From Chloroflexota bacterium (GTDB taxonomy: Bacteria > Chloroflexota > UBA11872 > UBA12225): a DNA stretch of 64,000 nt. Where the stretch lies: positions 12,479 through 76,478 of the forward strand of contig DAOTTI010000012.1 in NCBI GenBank assembly GCA_034437795.1, given 5' to 3'. Below are positions 10,372-19,953 of the stretch, one piece after another (positions within the stretch are counted from its first letter, which is position 1; every line of letters starts with the position of its first letter). A program made the position numbers and the translations under genes. A model generated the notes under the pieces. It searched no databases. It saw only the letters and a list, made by a program, of their open reading frames with translations, and was not told the origin of the DNA.

Positions 10372-10690
10372 TCATCGCTCGACCGCGAGAGGGGAGCCGG
10401 CGCCGGTGACGACCACTTCCTGTCCTTCGAGCCGCAGGCAGGCGCCCCGGTCGCTGGCAAGGCGGCGCATGGCCTCCACGATGGCCAGCCCGTCGCCGCG
10501 GGCAGGATCGAGCAGGACCGGGTGGTTCTGCTCGTCGCGCCGCAGCGGGACGAACGAGACCCGCGCCACCTGGCGGTCGCGCACCAGGCAGCGCAGCAGC
10601 AGGCCATCGCGCCGGCGGCGCATAGGTTCCCAGTCGAAGATGTAGTTAGTGCGGGCCCCGGCAGCCTCCTCGGGAGTGCATTTCCTGGAA
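10372..10690 (-). pseudogene. 3' remnant of a CapA/PGA_cap-like metallophosphoesterase gene
   Basis: LLLRCLVRDRQVARVSFVPLRRDEQNHPVLL...IVEAMRRL...LRLEGQEVVV resembles the C-terminus of CapA-family proteins. The upstream part is replaced by the AT-richer island. Confidence 0.5.
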
Positions 10691-10889
10691 CAACGGCGGC
10701 AAGGAAGGTAGTCTGAACCAGCAGTTGGGCGCCGCCGAACCGGGTCTCGCGGCGGCTGAGCCCGTTGGGCTGTCACCCGATGATATGGAGCGCCAGCGGC
10801 CCGGGCAACAGCACGCCAGAAGCGGGGTACACCGGCCGCTTTGCAGGACGGCGCCAGGCCCGATGCAGTTAGCTCCTCGCTGTCCGGCG

Positions 10890-12005
10890 CTACCGGACCT
10901 TGAGGATGTTGTTGCAGTTGGACCAGCCGACCACCTTCATGTTCGTGGCCGAGAAGCTGACGCTGGCGCAGCCGTAACGCCACGTGTACTCGCTCGCCTG
11001 CTGCGGCGTGCCCTGCACCGCCGCCACCTCTTGCTTAGTGGAACCCAGCGTGAACGTGCTGGCAGGTACTGCGGTAGGCCGGTTTGCTGCACCTTGCGTG
11101 CTACTAGCCGTAGTCGGCTGCCTGGCTGAAGCAGCCATAGTGGCCTGGGCAATTCTCGCTGCCTCTTGCGTCGCTTTCGCAGCAACTGCGGCGGCCTCTT
11201 GCGTCGCTCTGGCGGCCGCTGCCGCGGCTGTGGCTCCCGCTTCAGCAGTGGGGCGAAGGCGCAGCGCCTCGCCACTAAACGAACTGACCCCGAGGGCGGT
11301 CACGGTTTCGATCGCGGAGAGTGCACCTGCGTAGTTCCCTGCCTGCAAGAGCGACCCCGCGGCACCCAGGTGATCGGAAGCAGCCGCGTCTATCGCCGGG
11401 TCGATCACGTTACTGGCACCTATCAACCAGGCTTCAACCTGCTCCGCTCGCTCCGACCGCGCGGACACGGCACCATTGTCGTCCCGAACGCTCCAGAGCG
11501 CTACGCCCTCGACGGCGGCGATGACCTGCCAAGGCTTGCCGACCATGTCCTTCGGTGCCCACGCAATAAGCCACGTGCCGGCAGCATACGACTGAAGCCA
11601 GGTCCAGTCCGGAGATTGACCGACGAGGAAGCTATGGACGGAAATTCCCACACCAGCCGACCTCCGATCCGCCACGGCAGCGACAGCTTGTGCGGGCTGC
11701 ATCCGAGGGAAGAGAGGGCGCAGTGGCGTGGGGAGGGCGTGTGTCGAGGTGGGCACCGTGCGGAGGGCAGGTGTTGAAGTGGGCAGCATCGGAGGCGTGG
11801 AACGTGCCCCAAACAGCGTGACGCTGCCTCCGCTTGAAAGGTACGCTACTCCGATGGCGGTGATCACAGAGCCCACCAGCCAACCACCAGCCCGGCGTCC
11901 CAGACGTCCTCCCGATTTGGACGGTAGTCCGCTGTTGTTGGCCCCGCAATACGCGCAATAGTTGCAATGCGCCGGGATTGTCTTACCGCAGCGACGACAC
12001 CTCAC
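10890..12005 (-). CDS. Zinc-ribbon membrane protein with C-terminal SmpA/BamE-like small domain
   Basis: N-terminal CRRC...CAYC, one hydrophobic helix, Pro/Thr and Ala-rich linkers, C-terminal FTLGSTKQEVAAVQGTP...WRYG...VSFS...VVGWSN. Confidence 0.7.
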   Translation of the reverse strand: MRCRRCGKTIPAHCNYCAYCGANNSGLPSKSGGRLGRRAGGWLVGSVITAIGVAYLSSGGSVTLFGARSTPPMLPTSTPALRTVPTSTHALPTPLRPLFPRMQPAQAVAAVADRRSAGVGISVHSFLVGQSPDWTWLQSYAAGTWLIAWAPKDMVGKPWQVIAAVEGVALWSVRDDNGAVSARSERAEQVEAWLIGASNVIDPAIDAAASDHLGAAGSLLQAGNYAGALSAIETVTALGVSSFSGEALRLRPTAEAGATAAAAAARATQEAAAVAAKATQEAARIAQATMAASARQPTTASSTQGAANRPTAVPASTFTLGSTKQEVAAVQGTPQQASEYTWRYGCASVSFSATNMKVVGWSNCNNILKVR

Positions 12006-12092
12006 AAGATTCCATCATACACAGGGTGCGAAAACTGCGGTAACAAGCAAGCTCTCGCGCGGCGCTCCAGTCGGTCTAGGGCGTGTGCCCTA

Positions 12093-12413
12093 TCAGGGCC
12101 GGCACTTTCTGCACGCACGAAATCCGCATCGACGGGCTTCTTGCGTCGAGGAAAATAGCCGCCGGCTGCTCCCGCCAATCCTACGGGCCCACCGGCAGGA
12201 TGGCAGGTGGTAGATCAGGCTATGCGCGCTCGCAACTAACTGCGTGCCCTGAGCGGCTGGACCCCGTGTCACGGTCGCGGTTACGGCTTGCCTCTGAGTA
12301 GGCACGTGTGCCGGTGCAGCCACGTATGCGGTTGTCCGGGAACTAGCCCGCGTAGGGTTGGCAGGCGACGCACTCGGGTTTGCAGTGGCGCGCCGCGCCT
12401 TGGCGATCCTCAT
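12093..12413 (-). CDS. Small protein with C-terminal Ada-like metal-binding domain
   Basis: IYHLPSCRWARRI...FSSTQEARRCGFRACRKCRP matches the YH...C...GFRACxxCxP pattern. ATG at 12413 sits 2 nt after the kinase TAG. Confidence 0.65.
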   Translation of the reverse strand: MRIAKARRATANPSASPANPTRASSRTTAYVAAPAHVPTQRQAVTATVTRGPAAQGTQLVASAHSLIYHLPSCRWARRIGGSSRRLFSSTQEARRCGFRACRKCRP

Positions 12414-12415
12414 AC

Positions 12416-13660
12416 CTACGGCCCGAGGAGGCTCCCGAGCCAAGATTTCGGCCGCGCCACCACGGTGGCGAGCGACCCGCAGTGCGGACAGTGAGGTGCA
12501 GACTGGGGCATGTCTTTCCCACAGGTAGGACACGGTTGGTTGGGAACCAACTGAGCGCCACAGTGCTGGCAGTAGATCTCCGAAGCTAGATTAGGCCTAG
12601 CACAGTGGCGGCAAAGTGGCCAGGAGGCAGTACTGGCTGCGACAGGTGGAGTGATCCGGTGTTGAACTTGCGCCCGTGCGCAGTATGGACATTGCAGCGC
12701 GCGTTGCTGGCGAAAGTGGCCATTTGCGCACTGCACCAGGGTCTGTTCCGCCTCGCCCAAGGCTTGCTCCCACTCACTAGGAGATGGGCGACTAGTTGGA
12801 GCCGAATGACCGGATCCGAAGCACCGTACCACGAGTTCCGCTACCTTCGGATGCAGGAGATCAAGCGAGAGCCCTGAAGGGGCACGCACTAGAGCTCGGT
12901 TCACCTGTCCGTATGGAAAGAGGCCCTGCCGTATCTTCTCGGCGATATCAGGAGGCTCGCCAGGACCAAGCCACCGCGACCGGAACGGATGGTTTCCTTC
13001 CATGAGGAGCTGGAACACTAATACGCCCAGAGCGAAGGCATCGTGTGACGGCGTTCGCGCCTGGCGTTCGAATGATTTGCCTTGCAGTTCCGGCGGCGTG
13101 TACTCTGGCTTGCCGACCGGGCAGGAATACAGCCGTCGCACGCCGTTCTGTTGCACCTCCACCTGGAATGAGTCCGTGTCGATCAGCGTAACGAGCGCTT
13201 GCCTCGTCAGCAGAACGTTGGACTCGTTCAAATCACCGACAACGTATCCGCGTGCGTGAACCGCTGTCACTGCCGCAGCCAGATTGCGAGCGGATCTGTG
13301 GAGATACCTGGAATCAAAATTTGGCAGGGTCCTGGAGCGTAGACGGGGATTAAAGACTGTCAACACCTTGACGGCGTCAGTGATCCGAGGCATTAGATAA
13401 CCCACGACGCGCCCTTTGCCATCAGCTATCAGATCCACCGGCCACGCGATCGACGCGTGTCCAATCGAGCTACTCGGATCTGCAGGGGGATTGGCAACCA
13501 TGTGGCTGAGCTTCTCGGAGTAGCCGTCCCTCGGTCCAGGCACATACAGCTTCGCGACGAGAGCGGGTTCATGGGCGACCGTGTAAACGACACCCTCGCC
13601 CCCACGAGCCAACACCTGCCCGAGTTGCAGGGGGCCCTTCGAGCACCGGAGGTCCGTCAT
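12416..13660 (-). CDS. YegI-like protein kinase with C-terminal zinc ribbons (TerY-P triad)
   Basis: LARGGEGVVY, VAKLY, VVGDLNESNVL, LIDTDSFQ, GKPEYTPPELQG, DAFALGVLVFQLL. Cys clusters C..GH, CPYC, CRHC...CQHC, CPTC...CPHC. Confidence 0.9.
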   Translation of the reverse strand: MTDLRCSKGPLQLGQVLARGGEGVVYTVAHEPALVAKLYVPGPRDGYSEKLSHMVANPPADPSSSIGHASIAWPVDLIADGKGRVVGYLMPRITDAVKVLTVFNPRLRSRTLPNFDSRYLHRSARNLAAAVTAVHARGYVVGDLNESNVLLTRQALVTLIDTDSFQVEVQQNGVRRLYSCPVGKPEYTPPELQGKSFERQARTPSHDAFALGVLVFQLLMEGNHPFRSRWLGPGEPPDIAEKIRQGLFPYGQVNRALVRAPSGLSLDLLHPKVAELVVRCFGSGHSAPTSRPSPSEWEQALGEAEQTLVQCANGHFRQQRALQCPYCARAQVQHRITPPVAASTASWPLCRHCARPNLASEIYCQHCGAQLVPNQPCPTCGKDMPQSAPHCPHCGSLATVVARPKSWLGSLLGP

Positions 13661-13676
13661 GTGATGGCCCGAGCCT

Positions 13677-14447
13677 CTACCCTCGTTGAGTGAACAGCCG
13701 CCGGGAAGCGATGACGAGTGTCTTGTCGTCGTCGGTACGGGCGTTCACCCGCTCCGACGACAGAAAGCGCTGGAGGTGCTGCTCGGCTTCAACGATGTCG
13801 TTCGAATCGGCAACCAGCGCGAATAGGGGAAGAAAGAAGGGCTCGTGCGGGGTATAGGACGGCAACTGCACCGCTAAATGCAAGAGGCCGTCGGTCAGTG
13901 CGGCGAAAGCCAGCGGCCTGTCCAAGCGCACGTGTATGTCGAGGCCGTCGAGCGCTCCATCGCTAGTCAGGAAGGGCACCTCGTTGGCGTACTGGCCACG
14001 CTGCGGCCTAAGCAGGAGCCGCAATGCCATCTCGGCATCAAGCACCACAACGATCCCGTCGCCCACCTGAGCTGCAACGAGCACCTCCTCAGTTGCAACG
14101 ACGCCGCAGAGTGTCGTGGCGAACGACCGGACCGGAGCCGACTCCCGCTCAGCATATTGGATCACGGCGTTGCGAGCCTGCTTGAAAGCCTCTAAAACCA
14201 ATGCTTCCCAGTCGTCAGGACCCGATGCAGCCAGCATGGCACGTAGTGCCGCGTCGCAGAACGCCCGGGTAGCCACATCTGCGCCCTCGCGTGAGCGCAA
14301 TGCAGAGCCCGCGCCGTCGCCGATGGCCATCACGAGTGTCCGGTCATGCACTCGGCATGCGAATGAGTCCTGACAGTCCGCTCCCTTCGCAGCGTGGGAG
14401 GAACCAACAGCCGAGGCTGCGATAATGCGCCAGGAGCAATCAGGCAT
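13677..14447 (-). CDS. PP2C-family phosphatase, YegK-like (TerY-P triad)
   Basis: ASAVGSSH...CQDS, IGDGAGS, FATTL, QVGDG, LTDGL, RTDDDKTL. Start placed at ATG 14447. Confidence 0.9.
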   Translation of the reverse strand: MPDCSWRIIAASAVGSSHAAKGADCQDSFACRVHDRTLVMAIGDGAGSALRSREGADVATRAFCDAALRAMLAASGPDDWEALVLEAFKQARNAVIQYAERESAPVRSFATTLCGVVATEEVLVAAQVGDGIVVVLDAEMALRLLLRPQRGQYANEVPFLTSDGALDGLDIHVRLDRPLAFAALTDGLLHLAVQLPSYTPHEPFFLPLFALVADSNDIVEAEQHLQRFLSSERVNARTDDDKTLVIASRRLFTQRG

Positions 14448-14461
14448 CGGCTCGCCGCGCG

Positions 14462-15184
14462 CTACGAGTGGGACGTGTCCACCTGCCCCCAACCGACGGG
14501 CGGGAGCGGCACTTGCTCGCCCGGCCTCGACTGGGCGACCACCGAGACGCTCTTGGAGAGCCACTGGAAGAGCTCGCGAAAGGCCAGCCCCTTTAACCTT
14601 ACGGGAGGACGCTGATCGGAGAAACGCGACAGCACCTGCAGATCCGCCCCTTCCACGCCAACTGCGTAAAACGTGACGCCCTTTCGTGCTTCTTCGGCCC
14701 TAATCTCGTCCGCCGCGGCTTGCCACCCAAAGTCCGTTGGATGCCCATCCGTGATCAGAAACATCCACGGGCGGAAATAGTCAATGTTGTCCCTCCGATA
14801 GATGGCCTTCCTATCCCTGATAAGCGATAGCGCCCTTCGAACCGCTTCGCCCATGGGCGTTGCTCCGCTCGTTACCAGCACTGGCGGGGCGAAAGCATCA
14901 ACCGTAACGAACGCCTGCTCAGCATCGAATGGGATCGCGCCGCCAGCCCCTTTAACGTCCAGAGCCTGCACGGTGCCACCGAAGGTAACTATGGCAACTT
15001 CCACACGCAGAGACACGAGTGGGTCGGACCTAACTGCTTCAGCGAACTCCTTAAGACCCTGGTTTAGCTCCTGGATCGGGTCGCCCGACATCGAGGAAGA
15101 TGTATCCAGGACCAGCACCAGTGGGCACCGAGGCTCTGGGTTGTCAGCGAACTCGACGCTCTCAAGAGGCTGCTGAAGCGTCAT
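14462..15184 (-). CDS. vWA domain protein TerY/YegL-like (TerY-P triad)
   Basis: NPEPRCPLVLVLDTSSSMSG MIDAS motif, SGATPMG, YFRPWMFLITDGHPTD, FRELFQWLSKS. Confidence 0.92.
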   Translation of the reverse strand: MTLQQPLESVEFADNPEPRCPLVLVLDTSSSMSGDPIQELNQGLKEFAEAVRSDPLVSLRVEVAIVTFGGTVQALDVKGAGGAIPFDAEQAFVTVDAFAPPVLVTSGATPMGEAVRRALSLIRDRKAIYRRDNIDYFRPWMFLITDGHPTDFGWQAAADEIRAEEARKGVTFYAVGVEGADLQVLSRFSDQRPPVRLKGLAFRELFQWLSKSVSVVAQSRPGEQVPLPPVGWGQVDTSHS

Positions 15185-15291
15185 TCACTGGTACTCCTGG
15201 GTCGCCATCCCACTGATCCCTGCCCAAAGGGCGAAGCCTCACTGCACCGAGCCTTGCCTTCATAGGCTCAGCGCTTTACGCAGCCACCAAT

Positions 15292-15321
15292 AATATACCA
15301 CAACGCTAGCTTGTGATTCAA
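15292..15321 (-). promoter_or_regulatory. Sigma-70-type promoter for the TerY-P operon with an operator-like inverted repeat in the spacer
   Basis: Minus strand reads TTGAAT-N18-TATATT with an extended -10 TG. The spacer contains CACAA-N7-TTGTG. About 110 bp upstream of the vWA ATG. Confidence 0.6.
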
Positions 15322-15399
15322 CCGTGAGGGAGCATGTCTGACACGGCGGGAGCAGGCGGCAAGTGGGACGGCGGGCCGCGTTGGCGGCTGATGGGCCGC

Positions 15400-15774
15400 T
15401 CAGGGGGGCAATTCGATGGCTGGCGTGCGGGACGCAGGGCGGTAGCGGCGCCCTTTGGGGCGACCAGCCGGCTGGTCGCAGGGTTTTGGTGCGGCGGCCG
15501 GAGTGCCGAACAGTTCGCGAAGCTGCGAAAATGCGCGGTGCACGCGGTAGGGCGTCAACTGGCCGGCTGGGCGGGGGCGTTCCCACGGCAGGCGGTGGTC
15601 GATGACGAAGGGCCGGGCGAGCCTCAGTTGGGTGTAGGCAAGCACCACCAGCCAGGTCCACCGCTCGGCGGCCGCCGGCTGACGCACCCGCAGGGCCGTC
15701 CAGCCCAGGCTCTGTTTCTTTCCGAATCTCAGGGTATGCTCCAGATCGAAGCGGTGGACCTAGGCCCGCCAGAT
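15400..15774 (-). pseudogene. C-terminal remnant of a DDE transposase (IS4/IS701-like superfamily)
   Basis: Manual translation IWRA*VHRFDLEHTLRFGKKQSLGWTALRVRQPAAAERWTWLVVLAYTQLRLAR...PWERP. In-frame TAG at 15760-15762; N-terminal catalytic part absent. Confidence 0.75.
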
Positions 15775-15912
15775 CCAGGCTATCCTGGATCGCCCGCCGC
15801 CCGCCCTGCAATGACCAGCCGGCGGTGGCCGCGGCCACACCACCGACGCCGGCGTGGCCCTGCCCAGGCCCGGCGATCCTGCAATGACCAGCCGGCGGTG
15901 GCCGTAGACACC

Positions 15913-16653
15913 TTACGCCTCAGCGCGGCCTTTGATGCGGTCCAGCGCGTCGAAGGTAGCGCGGATTGCGTCGACGGCCGCGGGCACCAGTTGCTCGAGG
16001 TAGCGCCGGCCCTTGTCCGCCGTCGCGTCTGCCGCGTGGCCCCAGACGCCGCTCGGCTCGAGCGCCTTGATGGGCGCGTACAGCAGGAAGCTCTGGGTGT
16101 AGGGCACATCGGTGTTGATGGCGCGGTCCATCTTGACCAGGTTGGGCGCGATGTGGAGCATGCGAGAGGTCTCACTCTCGCCGGCATGGATGCTGCCGGG
16201 CGGTTCGGTAAAGGGACTGGTGGGGACGGACGCCTCCAGCAGGATGACCTGCAGGTCGTGGTCATCGCGGTTGAGGTCCTGGATAATGGGGCGCACGACG
16301 AAGTTCCCGCCGTGGCCGTTGAGGATCACGACGCGCCTCACGCCCTGCGCTCGGAGAGAGAGCACGATGTCCTTGACGAGGGCCATGAGCGTCTGGTTCG
16401 TGATCCAGACGGTGCCGGGTGAACCGCGGTGCATGTGGCTGACGGTGATAGGGATGGTTGGCAGGCGCCAGATGGGGAGGCGGCGGGCGATCTGGTCGGC
16501 GAGGTAGTCGACCTGGAAGGTATCGGTACCGCAGGGGAGGTGCGCGCCGTGCTGCTCCGTGGCGCCGAGCGGGAGTAAGGCTATCGTCGGCTGGGCGGCG
16601 GCGAAATCGGCACTGGTGCGGCGGTGGTCAAGGATGTCGGGATCCGGTCGCAT
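15913..16653 (-). CDS. Creatininase family protein
   Basis: LPLGATEQHGAHLPCGTD, SHMH, ILNGHGGN, IHAGESETS, SGVWG motifs. RBS GGAG before ATG 16653. Confidence 0.92.
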   Translation of the reverse strand: MRPDPDILDHRRTSADFAAAQPTIALLPLGATEQHGAHLPCGTDTFQVDYLADQIARRLPIWRLPTIPITVSHMHRGSPGTVWITNQTLMALVKDIVLSLRAQGVRRVVILNGHGGNFVVRPIIQDLNRDDHDLQVILLEASVPTSPFTEPPGSIHAGESETSRMLHIAPNLVKMDRAINTDVPYTQSFLLYAPIKALEPSGVWGHAADATADKGRRYLEQLVPAAVDAIRATFDALDRIKGRAEA

Positions 16654-16982
16654 TGAAGGCTCCTTCCAAGAACGTACCAATGTAGCGTCTGTGTCCGGCC
16701 GGTGGCGAGGGATCGCTCCTGCGACGACGAAGCAGTGGCTCACTGCCGGAGGCGGCTCTGGAGGTGATCAGACCCGGCCTGCGGAGCAGCAGCGCCACGC
16801 CGCCGCGTGGCGACCCGTTCGTAGCCGGCAACACGGCACGCGCGCACCACCTAACGGGGGAGCCAGCTGCCATGGCCAGCCCCACGTGGCCGGTGGCACC
16901 GCAGGCACTCTACACTAACGACCACCCAGGAAGTGGGCCCGGAGACCGGAGTACAGGAGAGATGGAAGGGAGCCTACGGCAG

Positions 16983-18371
16983 ATGAAGATGGAGACGGCA
17001 GAGGCGTTGACGGCCATACGAAGCACGCTGTCGAGGCGGCGGGTGGTGCACCGGCTGGTGGCTGCGGCCGCGGGAGCAACCGGCACGGCACTGGCGGTCG
17101 CCTGCGGACGAGCCGGTGGTGGGCCGGCCGGCGAGGGGATGCCGGCGCCGGCGAAAGGTCCGGTCACCATCCGGTTTGCCACGTGGGCCAGTGGGGCGCA
17201 GGCGGAGATGAAGGAGCGGCAGCTAGAGGCCTTCAACCAGGCGCAATCGGGTATCAAGGCCGTCCTGGAATCAACGTCCACCAGCGGCGAGTACTGGACC
17301 AAGATGCAGACGCAGTTCGCTGCGAGCCCGGAGGACGTGCCGGAGGTCTTCTGGCAGAGCGGATCGTACTTCCTGCAGTTCTCAGCCAGCGGCTGGCATC
17401 TGGACCTGGGGCCTTACGTCAAGCGCGACAAGTTCGACCTGACCAAGCACAACCGGCAGCTTGAGGTGGAGGAGTATCAGGGCAAGCTGTATGCGCTACC
17501 GTACGGCACCGGGGGCGTGGTGATGTATTACAACAAGAGCCTCTTCGACGCAGCTGGGGTCAGGTATCCCACGGAGACGTGGACCTGGGACGACGTGCGA
17601 GCCGCGGCGCAGAAGCTGACCCGGCCAGGCGCGGCCGAGACCGGCGGCCAGTGGGGGTTCGTCGCTTACCCGAACGCCGGCGAAACCGGCTACCTCCCGT
17701 TCGTCTACGCCAACGGCGGGGCGCAGCTGAACAAGGAGCGCACGCGGGTCCTGCTGGACCAGCCACAGACGATCGCCGCATTCGAATGGCTGACCGATAA
17801 CATCTACAAGCACCGGATCATGCCGAGGCCGGGCGAACTGAGGCGCGCCCCGGGGCAGAACGACGACTTCATGACCGGTAAGGTGGCTATGTTCATCGGG
17901 GGCACGTGGCGGCTCTCCGACTACATGCCGATGCAGGACTTCCAGTGGGACATGGCCCACGTCCCGCTTTCCCCCACGACCAGGAAGCGGGGCACGACGT
18001 TTAACGAGAACCCGGTCTCGATCCCCCGGTTCACCAGGGTGCCAGAGGCGGCGTGGGCGCTGGCGAAGTTCCTCAATGAGGAGAAGGCGCAGAAGATCAT
18101 GGGGGAGTCCAAGCGTAAGGCGCCGACGCTGAAGACCGCCGTCAGCGACCCGAACGGGTTCCTGAAGCCGCCGCCGGCCAACATCCGGGTAGCCGCCGAT
18201 CTGTACGCTTACGCCCAGGCGCTGCCGTTCGTGGCCTGCCCGGCGGCGATGAACGAGGCGATCAATCCAGAGCTCAACGCCATCTACAACGGGACGAAGC
18301 CGCCGGCTGAGGCGCTGCGGGCGGCAACGCAGGCAGGCAATGCGGTGCTGGCCGCCAATAAGTGCAGCTAA
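16983..18371 (+). CDS. ABC-type extracellular solute-binding protein, family 1 (TAT/lipoprotein)
   Basis: LSRRRVV...LAVAC leader, DLGPYVKRD, YALPY...MYYNKSLFD, WTWDD, FMTGKVAM. Confidence 0.9.
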   Translation: MKMETAEALTAIRSTLSRRRVVHRLVAAAAGATGTALAVACGRAGGGPAGEGMPAPAKGPVTIRFATWASGAQAEMKERQLEAFNQAQSGIKAVLESTSTSGEYWTKMQTQFAASPEDVPEVFWQSGSYFLQFSASGWHLDLGPYVKRDKFDLTKHNRQLEVEEYQGKLYALPYGTGGVVMYYNKSLFDAAGVRYPTETWTWDDVRAAAQKLTRPGAAETGGQWGFVAYPNAGETGYLPFVYANGGAQLNKERTRVLLDQPQTIAAFEWLTDNIYKHRIMPRPGELRRAPGQNDDFMTGKVAMFIGGTWRLSDYMPMQDFQWDMAHVPLSPTTRKRGTTFNENPVSIPRFTRVPEAAWALAKFLNEEKAQKIMGESKRKAPTLKTAVSDPNGFLKPPPANIRVAADLYAYAQALPFVACPAAMNEAINPELNAIYNGTKPPAEALRAATQAGNAVLAANKCS

Positions 18372-18452
18372 GTCGGCGCTGGTATGTTCGTGCGGGACAG
18401 GACGGCCGGGCATCGATGGACAGGGCGACGCGAACATACCAGCGGATACTTA
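18369..18452. mobile_element. MITE-like element family A, copy 2 (84 bp, TA-flanked)
   Basis: TAAGTCGGCGCTGGTATGTTCG...CGAACATACCAGCGGATACTTA. The left TAA is the SBP stop codon. Confidence 0.72.
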
Positions 18453-18630
18453 GCCGGGCGCCGGTACACTCTGGCCTTCTTCTCCTGAAGGGCACCGCAG
18501 CCTCGATGGCCTGAATGGACCAGGAGACCGACCAGCCAGCCTCGCTACTTGCACGCCAGGGGACCATGGGAAGGGACGGACAGGGCTGGAATGTGACGCA
18601 GCGGGCCCGCGGGGTCTGGAGAGCGACGCG

Positions 18631-19659
18631 ATGCGAGTGGGACTGATTGGCTGTACCGGGCACTGGCGCACGTATGCGGAGGCGCTGCGGTCGTTTCCCG
18701 ACCTGGAGATCAGCGCCGTGGCTGTGGCCGCGCCGGAGGAACGGCTGGCGCAGTTCGATGGCGCCCCTGGGGTGACGGAGGCGACGCGACGCTATGACAC
18801 GCCCATGGCGCTGCTTGCTCAGGCGGAGCGGGGAGGCCTGGACGCAGTGCAGGTGAGCACCCGGCCGGATCTGGCCGAGCAGTGGGTGCGGGCGGCCATC
18901 GAGCGAGGCCTGCCGGTGATGGCGGAGAAGCCGCTGGCCACGTCGCTGGACACGTTGCACGAGCTCTACGCGCTGGCGCGCCACCACCGCGTGCTGGTCT
19001 CGGCGATGCACGCGCAGCGGGGCACGCCCCTGGTGGCCGCGGTGCGGGATGCCGTCCGGTCCGGGGCCACCGGCAGCCCCCTCCTGGCCCATAACCAGAA
19101 GTCGTATCGGTGGGGGACGGCGCGTCCGGACTTCTTCCGCTCGCGGGCGACGTTCCCGGGCGTGGCGCCGTACATCGGCATCCACGTCTTCGACTGGCTG
19201 CTGTGGATCCTGGGCGATCGCTTCGTGGAGGTTTCTGGGGCTGGGTCGGCGGCGGCCCGACCCGATTACGGGGCCTGCGCCAGCCATGCAGCGTACCTGC
19301 TGCGCCTGACCGGGGATGGGATGGCCACGGTGACCCTGGACTATCTGCGACCGGAGGGAGCGCCGACCCACGGCGATGAGCGGATCCGCATCGCGGGCAC
19401 GCGGGGTGTGGTGGAGGTGGCGGTAGCGCAGGGCGCCGGCACCCTGCTCACGGCTGAAGGGGTGCGCCCGCTCACGCCGCCGCCGGCGCCGCAGTGGTAC
19501 GCGAGCTTCCTGCTGGCGGTTCAGGGTCGAGGGCAGCCGATCATCCCGCGGTGGGAGGCGTTTCGGGCCACGGAGGTGGCGCTGAAGGCGCAACTCGCCG
19601 CCGACCGCGGCCGGCCGGTGAGCCTGGTGGGTTCACCGTACCGTCCCGAGGACGACTAA
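18631..19659 (+). CDS. Gfo/Idh/MocA family oxidoreductase
   Basis: MRVGLIGCTGH Rossmann start, VMAEKPLA, GIHVFDWL motifs. Confidence 0.88.
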   Translation: MRVGLIGCTGHWRTYAEALRSFPDLEISAVAVAAPEERLAQFDGAPGVTEATRRYDTPMALLAQAERGGLDAVQVSTRPDLAEQWVRAAIERGLPVMAEKPLATSLDTLHELYALARHHRVLVSAMHAQRGTPLVAAVRDAVRSGATGSPLLAHNQKSYRWGTARPDFFRSRATFPGVAPYIGIHVFDWLLWILGDRFVEVSGAGSAAARPDYGACASHAAYLLRLTGDGMATVTLDYLRPEGAPTHGDERIRIAGTRGVVEVAVAQGAGTLLTAEGVRPLTPPPAPQWYASFLLAVQGRGQPIIPRWEAFRATEVALKAQLAADRGRPVSLVGSPYRPEDD

Positions 19660-19746
19660 CGTGGATTATTCACGAGCGGCGCTCTCACCCTCGCCTTCTC
19701 CCAGAGGGAGAGGGGACACATCGCCGGCCATGAACCATCCAGGCTG
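19657..19746. mobile_element. MITE-like element family B copy
   Basis: TGGAT-TAT-TCA...TGA-ACC-ATCCAGGCT ends around a CTCACCCTCGCCTTCTCCC-AGA-GGGAGAGGG hairpin. Begins at the TAA stop of the upstream gene. Confidence 0.6.
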
Positions 19747-19953
19747 AGCCGGCAGGACGGGCACGGCGCTCTTGCCAGAAGCGCCGAGCCGCGGCGCGCA
19801 CACGCGTGACGAGCGTGGATGGTTCAGTAGGCGCAGCTCTCACGCTCTCGCGCAGGGAGAGGGAGCCGGTAGAGCTCCAGGAAGTCGTCGGCCTGGAGCC
19901 CCACCTTCTCGTACAGGGAGAGGGAACTGGTCGCCGGCCATAAAGAATGCGGG

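Noticed and set aside
10890-15184. Prophage or integrative element
   Set aside because: No integrase, att-like direct repeats, or structural or replication genes were seen. Only a transposase remnant is present.
15773-15790. GATCCAGGCTATCCTGGATC palindrome as the transposase's own terminal inverted repeat
   Set aside because: It lies where coding sequence should continue and resembles a family B end. No matching partner was found on the other side of the remnant.
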